From positions 1,570-65,569 of the IMG/VR virus record IMGVR_UViG_3300048819_000116: DNA of 64,000 bases, one strand, 5' to 3'. The notes under the pieces are model-generated. The model was not told the DNA's origin and searched no databases. It worked only from the letters and a program-made list of their open reading frames with translations. Position 1 is the stretch's first letter. Every line of letters starts with the position of its first letter. The translations under genes and the position numbers were made by a program. This document shows positions 54,169 through 63,682 of the stretch, piece after piece. The stretch is from a virus (taxonomy: Duplodnaviria; Caudoviricetes).

Positions 54169-54906
54169 ATGCCCCCGGAGATCAAACCCGCCATCATAGT
54201 CCCCCACAACGCAGGGGCGCAGAATGACGACATAGCGAAGGCCCAGGCCCGCCTCGACGCCAGCCGCTCCTACAAGAACCTCTCGACCGTCATAGTCTGC
54301 CCGACAAGGGGCGGTCGCTCCCTCTGCCCGAGGTTCGTCAGCGCCATGCAGGGCCTCATGCGCCCGATGAACCAGATGGTCTGGGGCCCGATCTTCATGG
54401 AGGGGATGGAGGTCGGCGCGGCGTACAACGCGGCGATAGACATGATTCTCGCCAACCCGCAATTGGCCAAGTTCAAGTACCTCCTGACGGTCGAGGACGA
54501 CAACCTGCCGCCCCCCGACGGCCTCCTGAAACTCTACGAGGGGATGCGCGACTACGACGCCGTGGGCGGGCTCTACTGGACGAAGGGCGACCTTGGGCAG
54601 CCCATGATCTACGGCGACCCCAAGGTGCAGCCGCTCAACTTCGTGCCGCAGCGCCCGGTCGAGAACACGATACAGCCGACGAACGGCCTTGGCATGGGCT
54701 TCACGCTCTTTCGCATGGAGTGCTTTAGGAAGCTGCCGCGTCCGTGGTTCGTCTCGAAGCAGAGTTGGGACCCTGCGGAGGGGGCCAAGGCGTACACGCA
54801 GGACCTCTACTTCTTCGAGAACGCTGCGAGAGCGGGGATGAAGGTCGCATGCGATACGAGGGTGCGTGTCGGGCACCTGGACATCGAAAATTCGGTCGTT
54901 TATTGA
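54169..54906 (+). CDS. GT2-like glycosyltransferase
   Basis: VIVCPTRG, AYNAAI, LLTVEDD, GLGMGFTLF, YTQDLYF, VGH. Confidence 0.8.
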   Translation: MPPEIKPAIIVPHNAGAQNDDIAKAQARLDASRSYKNLSTVIVCPTRGGRSLCPRFVSAMQGLMRPMNQMVWGPIFMEGMEVGAAYNAAIDMILANPQLAKFKYLLTVEDDNLPPPDGLLKLYEGMRDYDAVGGLYWTKGDLGQPMIYGDPKVQPLNFVPQRPVENTIQPTNGLGMGFTLFRMECFRKLPRPWFVSKQSWDPAEGAKAYTQDLYFFENAARAGMKVACDTRVRVGHLDIENSVVY

Positions 54907-54916
54907 AGCAAATTCT

Positions 54917-55507
54917 ATGAGCAAGAAAACCAAAAGGCAGACGCCGGAACCGCCCGAACTGAAATATGACCTTGGGTGCGGCAGAAATTGCGTCCCTGGC
55001 TACATCGGGGTGGATCTCTACGCGCCCGACGTCGCGGTGAAGGCCGACCTGTTCAAGCTGCCGTGGACCTTCGCCAAGGAGGGGACCGTCACGGAGTTTC
55101 ACGCCAGCCATTTCCTCGAGCACGTTCCGCGCGAGCTGCGCTGGCCGATGATGGAGGAGGCGTGGCGGCTCCTCAAGGTTGGAGGGACGTTCCGTATCGC
55201 GGTGCCGAACTGGAAAAGCGAGAGGGCCATCGGTGACATGACCCACGTACCTCCAAGCGTGTGCGCCTTCTTCTTCTACTACCTCCACAAGGGGTGGAGG
55301 GACGCAAACAAGCTGACCTACGGGCCGTATGATTTGAAGTGCAACTACGATCACGCGATGGGACCCGCAGGGATCAGGATGCCATGGGCGCAGAAAAGTC
55401 AGGACGCGCAGCAGTATGCGTGCTCCCACCTGCTTGAGACTTTCGATGACATGTGGGTCGTGCTCACGAAAAGGCCGCTCGACTACGTGCTGCCGCCGCC
55501 GACCTGA
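54917..55507 (+). CDS. class I SAM methyltransferase (Methyltransf_11-like)
   Basis: YDLGCG...GVDL...ASHFLEHVP...WRLLKVGG. Confidence 0.85.
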   Translation: MSKKTKRQTPEPPELKYDLGCGRNCVPGYIGVDLYAPDVAVKADLFKLPWTFAKEGTVTEFHASHFLEHVPRELRWPMMEEAWRLLKVGGTFRIAVPNWKSERAIGDMTHVPPSVCAFFFYYLHKGWRDANKLTYGPYDLKCNYDHAMGPAGIRMPWAQKSQDAQQYACSHLLETFDDMWVVLTKRPLDYVLPPPT

Positions 55508-55508
55508 C

Positions 55509-56381
55509 ATGGGCATCGACCTCCTTATCGCCGCGCTTGTGCTGATGCTCGGGGGGTCCTCCGCCGCCGCCTTGAAGGAGCGCAGCCAGTTGAAGGACGC
55601 GCACACGCAGGCTGTGGCCCTCGCCGGCACGGTCGATTCCCTCAAGAGCGCGGAGGCGGCTCAGGCTGCGGCGATTGCGCGTGAGGACGCCGATCGCAAG
55701 TCCAAGGAGGCCGACATTGCGAGGCAGGCCCAGATACGCGGCACCTACCACGTTGCGACCGGGCGGGCGCTCAAGGCGGTGCCTCCCGACGTCCCTGCGG
55801 CCCTCCAGTTCAATACCCTCGCCATCGGCGCGGACGACCCGCTTTCGGCCCTCGCAGAGGCGCAGGGAGAGGCCCTGGCTGCCGCGACGGAGGCGAGGCA
55901 GGCGCAGCTAATAGCCGACCTACAGGCGCAGCTTGCCGAGGTCAAGGGCGACAACGAAGCCAAGACCGCCGCGCTTGCCGTGGACGTAAAGGACCGCGTG
56001 GCGGCGACGGCGCAGATAGGCACGCTCACAGGCTCGGTTGCGGTGGCGACCTCGAAACTGGAGGAGACGACCGCAGAGAAGACGGACCTTCTTTCCAAGC
56101 TGTCCCTCCTCACCGCCAAGTACGGCCAGTGGGTGTTCTGGTCGGCTGTCGTTGGCGCCATCATCTTCGTCCTAGCCCACGTCGGGCTGTTCACGCACCT
56201 CTCGACCGTAAAGAAGCTGAACACCGTGACGGCGGCGCATACGGCTGCGGTGGCGACGATTGCCACGCAGGCGGCCACCATCCAAGCGCACGTACAGACC
56301 ATCTCGGCTCTTGCCTTGGCGCCCCCGTCTGTTACCCTGTCAGCCAACCCGCAAAGCACGTTCATCCCGCAAAACACATGA
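55509..56381 (+). CDS. membrane-anchored coiled-coil protein (spanin-like)
   Basis: N- and C-terminal hydrophobic helices flank a long Ala-rich coiled coil. Confidence 0.45.
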   Translation: MGIDLLIAALVLMLGGSSAAALKERSQLKDAHTQAVALAGTVDSLKSAEAAQAAAIAREDADRKSKEADIARQAQIRGTYHVATGRALKAVPPDVPAALQFNTLAIGADDPLSALAEAQGEALAAATEARQAQLIADLQAQLAEVKGDNEAKTAALAVDVKDRVAATAQIGTLTGSVAVATSKLEETTAEKTDLLSKLSLLTAKYGQWVFWSAVVGAIIFVLAHVGLFTHLSTVKKLNTVTAAHTAAVATIATQAATIQAHVQTISALALAPPSVTLSANPQSTFIPQNT

Positions 56382-56638
56382 CCATCATAGAAATAGTCCT
56401 CCTCGTGGTCGCCATCCTCGGCGGCCTCCTCGCATATCAAGCCAAGCACAACGGCCTCACGATCGCAGCGCAGGCCAAGGCCGACGTCGCGGACGCAAAG
56501 GCTGAGGCAACGACACTGGCGCATGACCTGGAGGTGCGCGTGGTCGCCCTCGAGACGAAGGTCGGCCTGATCCACGCCGCGCCCGCGCCGACTCCCGCAC
56601 CTGCCCCGACGCCCGCTGCCACGCCTCCGGCAGCCTAA
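56378..56638 (+). CDS. small membrane protein with Pro/Ala tail (lysis-module candidate)
   Basis: N-terminal TM IIEIVLLVVAILGGLLAY. Confidence 0.5.
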   Translation: MTIIEIVLLVVAILGGLLAYQAKHNGLTIAAQAKADVADAKAEATTLAHDLEVRVVALETKVGLIHAAPAPTPAPAPTPAATPPAA

Positions 56639-56682
56639 CGACATTTCCTCCATACTACGACTCCGGGTCGCTCCCGGCGATC

Positions 56683-56714
56683 GGCCCCCTCTCGGACGCG
56701 GGAGGGGGCCTTTT
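56683..56714 (+). terminator. intrinsic terminator
   Basis: GGCCCCCTC...GAGGGGGCC followed by TTTT. Confidence 0.75.
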
Positions 56715-56804
56715 GCGTTTTGGCGAGTTCCTTTTTCGCGTGAAAAGGCGTACTCTTTGTAACTTGCTTGGCTATGGGGTTAAGTACTTACTCACCCTAT
56801 TGCC

Positions 56805-57254
56805 ATGCCAAGCGCGGCCTACGAACGAAAGCCGGATTTCTCCTCCTCACCTGCGGACCGGATCGCGTCAAGGGTTGGCAGCGTTGCCTTCAAGTGGGCG
56901 CTGAAGGGCATCCTTGGCGCGGTCGGCTGCCTCCTTTTGGCGGGCTTGGTTTACCTCTCCGCCAAGACCGCGAGCTTCAATCCCGACGTCGTGGCGGCCA
57001 AGGCCGATGTGGACGCCCTGAAGGCGCAGCTAAAGCAGGTGTCGGCCATCGCGGATGGCCATACGGCGATCCTGGTCGGGGTCACGGCGAGGCAGGACCA
57101 GACGAGCGCGGTCGAGGAGCGAATATTCGCGGCGGTGAAGCAGGTGGGCGCCGACGTCCACGCGCTCGACGTCAAGGTGGCTACCGTTGACCAGAAGGTG
57201 ACGGACCAAGGCGAGCGAATGTCGGAACTGACATCGCGGCCAACCCCGCGCTAA
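56805..57254 (+). CDS. single-TM coiled-coil protein (holin-like)
   Basis: WALKGILGAVGCLLLAGLVYL followed by heptads. Confidence 0.45.
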   Translation: MPSAAYERKPDFSSSPADRIASRVGSVAFKWALKGILGAVGCLLLAGLVYLSAKTASFNPDVVAAKADVDALKAQLKQVSAIADGHTAILVGVTARQDQTSAVEERIFAAVKQVGADVHALDVKVATVDQKVTDQGERMSELTSRPTPR

Positions 57255-57266
57255 CCGGCCCACCCC

Positions 57267-57506
57267 ATGCCGAAGAAGCCAAAGACGGACTGGGGGGTGG
57301 TGGAGCAAACACCCCATTGGCGGGCTTTTCAGAAATGGGCACGATTGCTGGCCATGAAGCCATATTCACCGCCGCCAGCCGAGCTTATGCCCAAGATGCT
57401 CACCCACGACGAGAAAACGGGACGGATTGTGCCGATGTTCCCCGAGGCCGCGCGCAAGGTGCAGCCGCTTCCGCTGCGGTCGCTAAAGACGCAGGCGGCT
57501 AGGTAG
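57267..57506 (+). CDS. hypothetical protein
   Basis: Last rightward ORF before the convergent operon. Confidence 0.4.
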   Translation: MPKKPKTDWGVVEQTPHWRAFQKWARLLAMKPYSPPPAELMPKMLTHDEKTGRIVPMFPEAARKVQPLPLRSLKTQAAR

Positions 57507-57789
57507 CCCCCGGCAGCGGCGGAAACCCGCGCCCCTTGGGCCTCGGATAGAAGGTCGTCCTGACCGCCTCCTGCGTGCCGAAATCCTCCTCCTTCCGGCA
57601 GTCCGCGCAGACGTGCTCCACGTGCTCGATCGTGGTTTCCGAGACCCCCGGGGCCATGACCTGCATCTTGCGGGCAACGGCGGCCACGCTGCGCCTGCGC
57701 CCGTCCTCCCCGCAGCCGCGGCTCCAGTCCTTGCAGAGGAACGCCCCGCAGCGGTCGCAGTAGAGGCTTATGGCTATCCGAAGGCTCAC
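57499..57789 (-). CDS. zinc-binding hypothetical protein
   Basis: YCDRC...HVCADC; GTG 57789 overlap. Confidence 0.55.
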   Translation of the reverse strand: MSLRIAISLYCDRCGAFLCKDWSRGCGEDGRRRSVAAVARKMQVMAPGVSETTIEHVEHVCADCRKEEDFGTQEAVRTTFYPRPKGRGFPPLPGAT

Positions 57790-58493
57790 CGCGGGAGAGC
57801 CAAGGCGTCCCACTGGTCGCTTCCCTCGGACCCGCTGCACGCCGCGTACTTGTACTGCGCGCCCGACAGCCGCGCCAGCAGCTCCTCGGTGAGAATCGCC
57901 TGCTTCTGGAGCTGGCCCTGGTTCACCTCCAGCATGAGGACCGGCCGGAAGCGTGCCAGGGTCTTTGTCGCCCCGTCCAGGATGAACGGTTCGAAGCCCT
58001 CGGCGTCGATCTTCACGAAGTCGAGGCGCTTGAGCCAACCGGGGTTCGCCGCCACGAAGTCGTCCAGCGTCACGGTACGGACGTCGCCGGTCGATCCCTC
58101 GGTGGCCCGCGTCAGGTGGGATGCCCCCACGTTGGCGTCCCGCTCCAGCCATGCCGTGCCGGTGGAATCCGAGAGCCCCGCCTCGACGACCAGCACGTTG
58201 GGGTAGCCTGCCATGTTGCGGCGAAGGCACTCCGCGCTGTCGGGGTTGGGCTCGAAGGCGATGACCTTGCCGGTCGGCCCCACGAAGTCGGCGTAGGTCG
58301 CCGTGTGGTCGCCCAAGGACGCCCCGACGTCGATCACCGTGCCGCCAACAGGGATGTACTTCTGGAAGGGGAGGAGTTCCCCCACCGCGATGTCGAGGCG
58401 GCGGTGGTGCTCGATCCATCGGCTGAGGTGGGTGTCGTGGCGCAGCACCCACCAGTTCTCGGCGGTCTGCATGAGGTTACTTTCGTTGTGCAT
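57786..58493 (-). CDS. FkbM-family methyltransferase 2
   Basis: VIDVGASLGDHT, AFEPNP, LDFVKIDAEGFE; start moved to ATG 58493. Confidence 0.88.
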   Translation of the reverse strand: MHNESNLMQTAENWWVLRHDTHLSRWIEHHRRLDIAVGELLPFQKYIPVGGTVIDVGASLGDHTATYADFVGPTGKVIAFEPNPDSAECLRRNMAGYPNVLVVEAGLSDSTGTAWLERDANVGASHLTRATEGSTGDVRTVTLDDFVAANPGWLKRLDFVKIDAEGFEPFILDGATKTLARFRPVLMLEVNQGQLQKQAILTEELLARLSGAQYKYAACSGSEGSDQWDALALPR

Positions 58494-60225
58494 GGCGGTT
58501 CTTCTTTTCGGATAGCAGCGCGTCGATGGTGGCCGTGGCGTCCCGCTGCGAGAGGACGACGGCCTTCTCGCGGTCAAAGCCAAGCTGCGCGAGAAAGTGA
58601 AGCTGGTGGGGCGTCGCTAGGTCCATCCTGAACCTGTTCGTTATGCGGGCTATCATCTCCCTAGCCAGCCCAAAGCAGGTGACTTGGCTGACGTCGATAC
58701 GCTGGCGGCGAAGGAAGTTGAGCATCCCCTCGGTCGGGGGACGTCTCTCCAGCTCCGTCTCGGGCTCGTAGGCGGCAAGTCGGGCGTCGCCCAGTTCCAC
58801 CGCCCACGCCAGCGGGTCAAGCGTCCTCGCGGCCTTCCTCGCGTGCTTCTTGGCCGCCTCCTGTAGCGACACAAGCAGGTCGCGGGACGCCGTTGCCTCA
58901 AGGTCCAGGAGGTCCGTTATCCCCGTCCTCTCAGCCGTCTCCTCCGCCTGCTTGCGAAGGTCGGGGCGCTGGATAACGAGGTCCACCGGCTTAACTAGGT
59001 CAAGGCGCGTTGACACCCATGTGAAATCCAAAATTAGCATCATTCTTTTGGCGGACTTGGCGATGGCCGCAAGCCTCTCCGCCGCTGTCTCCAGCCCGTC
59101 AATGACACCAGGCAGCACGCGCATCCCGCGACCCATGGCCTGCGCCAGTAGGCTGCGGATCGTGGTGACGCGAAGCATGCAGCCGCAGTCGACGTCCACG
59201 ATATCCACCCCCTCCGTGAGCAGCATGGCGTTGCACATGACGGAGCCAGGTCCTGCCTGCCTGAACGCCTCGATCTTCTCCGCCCTGTCCGGGCATTCGC
59301 CCGAGACGAAATTGGCTTTGAGGCCGGTGGCGGCAAGAGCCTCGGAGAGCCTTCGGGCGCTGTCGATCGACGGAAGCCACACGATTGTCTTTCGGTCCCA
59401 CGCCTCGATCCTTATCTGGCGTGCTATCTCGTTCAGGAGCGGCGTCAGCCTTTCCGCGACCTCCTGCGAGTCCAAGTCCCGCCCCCGCATCTTCACGCCC
59501 TCGACGTCGATCTTGAGGGGGAGCAGCTTGGCAACTGGACGCACCAGATAGCCCTCGCGGCATGCCTCCAGCAGGCCAAACTCGCACTCGCGGGGGCAAT
59601 GATCGTAGATCTGGCCGAGATTGCGCCTGTCCCCACGATCCGCCGTTGCGGTGAATCCAAGGATGCGGGCAAATCTCTCGCACGGTTCGCCGGGAAGGGG
59701 GGCAACCCAGTCGGGGTCCAAACTGCGCTCGCCAAAGTGAAAGTAATTAATGACGCGCAGGTGCGTCACACTCAGACTTCTGTGGCATTCGTCTATGATT
59801 ACGAGGCCGAAGTGGTCCTGCGGAAATCCAAGGAGGCGGTTCTCCCGCGAGAGGGTCTGGATGGATGCGACAACAACGGAGTCGGACGCACTCGCATACT
59901 CATCGGCCTTCTCTATGCCCGCGACGATTCCCGTGCAACGAAGCAGCTTGTCGGCGGCCTGCGCGATCAACTCCTCAGTGTGGCAAACGATGACGACCTT
60001 GCGGCCACGCCGCACCTCGTCCTGCGCGATCTTGGAGAAGGTCACGGTTTTTCCCGTGCCCGTCGCCATGACGACAAGCTGCCTCTTGTACGTCGCCCAC
60101 CCGTCCTCGACCGCAAGGATGGCCCGCTTCTGGTAGTCCCGCAGCGTCATGCCTCCCGGGATAGGCAGGTCCACCTCGCCGGGTTCTATCTCCCCCTCCG
60201 GCTCCTCCAGTTCAAGGTAGGGCAT
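58477..60225 (-). CDS. superfamily 2 DEAD/H-box helicase
   Basis: LRDYQ, MATGTGKT, DECH, FTATADR, LTEGVD, QAMGRGMR. Confidence 0.92.
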   Translation of the reverse strand: MPYLELEEPEGEIEPGEVDLPIPGGMTLRDYQKRAILAVEDGWATYKRQLVVMATGTGKTVTFSKIAQDEVRRGRKVVIVCHTEELIAQAADKLLRCTGIVAGIEKADEYASASDSVVVASIQTLSRENRLLGFPQDHFGLVIIDECHRSLSVTHLRVINYFHFGERSLDPDWVAPLPGEPCERFARILGFTATADRGDRRNLGQIYDHCPRECEFGLLEACREGYLVRPVAKLLPLKIDVEGVKMRGRDLDSQEVAERLTPLLNEIARQIRIEAWDRKTIVWLPSIDSARRLSEALAATGLKANFVSGECPDRAEKIEAFRQAGPGSVMCNAMLLTEGVDIVDVDCGCMLRVTTIRSLLAQAMGRGMRVLPGVIDGLETAAERLAAIAKSAKRMMLILDFTWVSTRLDLVKPVDLVIQRPDLRKQAEETAERTGITDLLDLEATASRDLLVSLQEAAKKHARKAARTLDPLAWAVELGDARLAAYEPETELERRPPTEGMLNFLRRQRIDVSQVTCFGLAREMIARITNRFRMDLATPHQLHFLAQLGFDREKAVVLSQRDATATIDALLSEKKNRHAQRK

Positions 60226-60234
60226 GGGTGGGCC

Positions 60235-60729
60235 TCACGGCAGCACGATCTGCTCCTGCCACGTGCAGTCGTCGAGCCAGACGAGGGCGAAAACAAAGAA
60301 GGGGTAGGTGTGCGCCGCGACCTTCAGGTTCTCGAAGCCCCCGCGAAACACCTTTGGGCCTTTGACCTCGTAGAAGGTGCCGAAATGGTAGTCCCCCATG
60401 CAGGCCACGGTGGGCGTGAAGAAGTCTGGCCGGTAGGCTATTCCATTGCCGAGGCGCAGGCTGATGGCCTGAACGAGAACCATGCTTGGCAGGAGTGTCC
60501 GCGTCAGATGCTCATAGAATGCCGTCTCCAGCTTGTTCATCAGCGGCTTCGTGGACTGGCGCAGGCGCTTCTTGGGGGCTGCGGCCCCGAACGGCGAGTT
60601 CTTATATAGGAGATCGCCCACTTCCTTCGGCGATGGAAGGCTTTTCACGGACTCGTTAAGCATCGCTGCGATCTGCGCTTGGTAGCGCGCGGGCAGGTCG
60701 GCGGCGGATATGCGGTTCTTGCCACTCAT
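60235..60729 (-). CDS. PD-(D/E)XK endonuclease
   Basis: MNKLE...YRPDF...EVKG. Confidence 0.7.
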   Translation of the reverse strand: MSGKNRISAADLPARYQAQIAAMLNESVKSLPSPKEVGDLLYKNSPFGAAAPKKRLRQSTKPLMNKLETAFYEHLTRTLLPSMVLVQAISLRLGNGIAYRPDFFTPTVACMGDYHFGTFYEVKGPKVFRGGFENLKVAAHTYPFFVFALVWLDDCTWQEQIVLP

Positions 60730-61877
60730 CCAAAATGCAGCAGCTTCCTCGTCTTGGCCTTGAGGAACGCGGCGAACCGGGCCTCGAAGAAGCCCTTGGC
60801 GGTCACGGCGCTCTTGCCCCCGAGCGGGATCTTGAGCGCCTCCGAGAGCGCCTTCTTGATCTTCGTGCCCGAGTACGAGAGCGCGGGCCCCATCTGCTCC
60901 GGGGAGAGGACCGCCGTCATCTCGCGGTACATCCCCGCCGGGTCCACGACGTCGAAGCCGCTCGGCTCCTCGGAGAGGCGGGCGGTGCCGCCCTCGTAGG
61001 CTATCGGCCCGCTGGCCTCGATGCGCTCCTTGAGAAGCGCCGCAGCGTCGTCTATCGGCTTCGTGAGCGTCCTGCCGCGAATCACCCAGTCAACGAGCGT
61101 TGCGTCGTCGGGGGTCGCCCGGATGGTGCCCAAGGCTTCGGGCGTCAGCGTCATTTTCATAAGTTCGATCTCCTCGCGGATTGCGGGACAGTTTTGGCCC
61201 ACACAGTATTTGCATTGCGAAACGCCCGTTTCAACCTCCATCGGCCTGTCGAGGGCCGCATTGACCGCACCCTCCAGTTCGTCGCAGAGGGCGTCCAGCG
61301 CCTCCGCTCCGCTGATCTCGGAAAGGCTTACGCGCTCGTCGAAGTCGTCGTCGTTCCACGGCTGGGCGATGCGAAACTGGGACGCCATTATGCCATAGAC
61401 CTTGCGGCGCAGGACTTGGTAGCCGCGCACCTGCCAGTTCTCGTCTGCGGCGTCCACCGCGATGCGGCCACACTTCCAGTCGAAGTCGCGGGCGATTGCG
61501 CCGTCGGGCGACGTGCCCGCGCAGTCGATGTGGCCGGTGAGGACGAAGCGCGGGAACTCCCATTCAAGCTCCGTCTCGACCTCAAGCGCGTAGAAGGAGG
61601 GTATGTGCTCCTCCACCTGCGAGACGCACCAGGGAACGATCCACTTGACGCTATCCGAGAGCCTGTAGGCTGGCAGGATGGTGGCGATGTCGCCCAAGTC
61701 CGGCGCGGTCGCCTTCATCTCGCGCACGAGATGCTGGGCAATCATCCAGTGGAGCGCCGTTCCCTCCTTGGCGTCGTCGCCTCCCCTGCGCTCCACGATG
61801 GCCCGCAGCGTCCGGCTGCCGGGGCAGCGGATGAGGGAGTCTAACTCACTCGCACGGATGCGTGGCTTGGCGCTCAT
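60726..61877 (-). CDS. Cas4/AddB-like PD-(D/E)XK exonuclease
   Basis: RASEL..LIRCPGS, GT..H, LTGHID, DWKCG, C-terminal CKYC...C. Confidence 0.75.
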   Translation of the reverse strand: MSAKPRIRASELDSLIRCPGSRTLRAIVERRGGDDAKEGTALHWMIAQHLVREMKATAPDLGDIATILPAYRLSDSVKWIVPWCVSQVEEHIPSFYALEVETELEWEFPRFVLTGHIDCAGTSPDGAIARDFDWKCGRIAVDAADENWQVRGYQVLRRKVYGIMASQFRIAQPWNDDDFDERVSLSEISGAEALDALCDELEGAVNAALDRPMEVETGVSQCKYCVGQNCPAIREEIELMKMTLTPEALGTIRATPDDATLVDWVIRGRTLTKPIDDAAALLKERIEASGPIAYEGGTARLSEEPSGFDVVDPAGMYREMTAVLSPEQMGPALSYSGTKIKKALSEALKIPLGGKSAVTAKGFFEARFAAFLKAKTRKLLHFG

Positions 61878-62260
61878 TCTCCCGATTCGATAAACTTACG
61901 GTCCTCGTCTGTGAGCGCCGGGTGGTCCAGTATCTCCATGTAACGGAGCACGCTATTAAGACCGCTCAGGACGATCCTCATTCGCTGCGCCCGGTCGTTG
62001 GCGACCTTCGTTTCATGCTTCGCAGCGCGGTAGCCCTCGACGTATTCCAGCGCCGCGCCGCACAGATCCTTGCGATCAACCATGATCGTCGGGACGTGAC
62101 TGTAGAGGAATGGCTCCTTGCCGAAATAAGACAGGTCTGTGATTGGGCCACCAGCGACCTCGGCGCGTTGCGCCATGCGCCAATTCTCGCCGCTACCCGG
62201 CTCGGCGGATAGGCGCAGAAGCGTGGCAAGGACCCTCTCAGGTATTCTAGGCTCGCTCAT
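61874..62260 (-). CDS. hypothetical protein
   Basis: Coupled overlap. Confidence 0.5.
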   Translation of the reverse strand: MSEPRIPERVLATLLRLSAEPGSGENWRMAQRAEVAGGPITDLSYFGKEPFLYSHVPTIMVDRKDLCGAALEYVEGYRAAKHETKVANDRAQRMRIVLSGLNSVLRYMEILDHPALTDEDRKFIESGE

Positions 62261-62504
62261 ATTGTGTCACCTCCAGCCCAACGTCGTTGCTCCCCACCTG
62301 CCTGTACCCCGGGTGGCATTTCTGGCGCCCGAAGTGCTGGCCTTCCAAGAGGGAGGGGTCGCGCTCAAGGCGGATGCCGCGAAGCAGGTTCTTTGTCCGC
62401 ATGAAGTCCCCGCGACCAATCTGCGGCACGTCGCGCAGGAAGTGGCCCATCAGGTCCAGTACAGCGGGCGTGACCTCGGGGGCGGTTAGGGTTTCGGGGA
62501 TCAT
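62247..62504 (-). CDS. hypothetical protein
   Basis: Adjacent to the upstream stop. Confidence 0.45.
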   Translation of the reverse strand: MIPETLTAPEVTPAVLDLMGHFLRDVPQIGRGDFMRTKNLLRGIRLERDPSLLEGQHFGRQKCHPGYRQVGSNDVGLEVTQYERA

Positions 62505-63407
62505 CTATATCCTCTGCCTCGTACTCGCCGCGCTCCGCTCCACCTCAAACGTGACGCCGGGGCAGACGGGCAGCGCGTCACCGTCCTTCCATCCGTTGCA
62601 GAAGGTCGCCCTGATCCCCGCCATGTTCGCCGTCTTGGTGATGAACGGCTCCGGCAGCTTGGCGACGTCCACGCTGGCAATCTTGAGGGTCGCACGCATG
62701 GCCACCCCCTGCGGTCTGGCTGCGACGGGCGCGGGGGCGTGAAGCGCGGCTTCAAGGGCAACCTGCGCCTGCGACTTCGGGGCCGGAGGCGGGGGTTCCT
62801 CCATGTCGGGCTCCGGCTCGTCCTCCTCCAGGGTGAGCGGGACGGACTCCCCTGCGGCAAGGCGTTTCCTCTGCTCCTCGGCCTCGGCGGCGTCAGCCTT
62901 CTCTTTGGCTATGCGGGCAGCTTCCGCCTCCCTTGCGGCCTTCTCGGCAGCCAAGCGGCGCTCACGCTCCTCCCTCTCGGCCTGCTCCCGGAGCCTGCGT
63001 ATCTCGGCCTCCCTCGCCTCCTGCTCCCTTCTCACCCGCAGCCTCTCGGCCTCGATCCAGCCGACCTGCGCCTGTCCGAGCGCGGCCTTGGCCTTCTCGA
63101 TCCGCTCCTCCGGCGCGGCAAGGGCAGCGTCGATCGCCCTTGTGGCCGCAAGGTGCGGCTCCTTCGCGGCGGCGCGGGCCTTCTTCAAGTCCTGCCCGGC
63201 TGTCGTAACCCGCCTTTGCAGGTCGCTCGCCGTCTGGGCCGAGGCACCGTCCACGATTTTCAGCGAGAGGACGCGCTCCTCTATGCGGTCGAGCGCGGCC
63301 AGCCAGCCGCCGTCCAGGAGCGGCAGGTTGCCGGTGCGGATCGCGGGGACCAGCGCAACGATGCCGGAAGCGCCTTCGGCCTCGGAGGGTTCTAGGTCGA
63401 GGGGCAT
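62505..63407 (-). CDS. long coiled-coil protein
   Basis: E/R/A-rich heptads with a small C-terminal beta domain. Confidence 0.6.
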   Translation of the reverse strand: MPLDLEPSEAEGASGIVALVPAIRTGNLPLLDGGWLAALDRIEERVLSLKIVDGASAQTASDLQRRVTTAGQDLKKARAAAKEPHLAATRAIDAALAAPEERIEKAKAALGQAQVGWIEAERLRVRREQEAREAEIRRLREQAEREERERRLAAEKAAREAEAARIAKEKADAAEAEEQRKRLAAGESVPLTLEEDEPEPDMEEPPPPAPKSQAQVALEAALHAPAPVAARPQGVAMRATLKIASVDVAKLPEPFITKTANMAGIRATFCNGWKDGDALPVCPGVTFEVERSAASTRQRI

Positions 63408-63679
63408 GGCTTGGAGCGGGCGGCGAGCATGGCGTCGGCCATTCTATAGCAGCTTTTGGCGTGCATCAAAACGGCGTCGGTTTTTGTCCATCCAAGGGTC
63501 GATTCCCAATCGCTTGATGCCAAGGCCAGCCCCGCGAAGTAATCGCGCAGGGACATGCCGCCCAACGTAACGATTCGCGCTGGGTGAGCATATTTTTGAT
63601 CGCCCACGAAGAAGGGCTGATATGCCTCCTCCCACTCGCTCACAGGAAACGCAGGTCCTCCGTCGTTGGCCTTGCTCAT
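63392..63679 (-). CDS. hypothetical phage protein (GGPAFP...GMSLRDYFA family)
   Basis: Widespread phage motif. Confidence 0.75.
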   Translation of the reverse strand: MSKANDGGPAFPVSEWEEAYQPFFVGDQKYAHPARIVTLGGMSLRDYFAGLALASSDWESTLGWTKTDAVLMHAKSCYRMADAMLAARSKPCPST

Positions 63680-63682
63680 GGC

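Noticed and set aside
60726-61877. CRISPR-associated Cas4
   Set aside because: There are no cas1/cas2 genes or array; solo Cas4-like exonucleases are routine in phage recombination modules.
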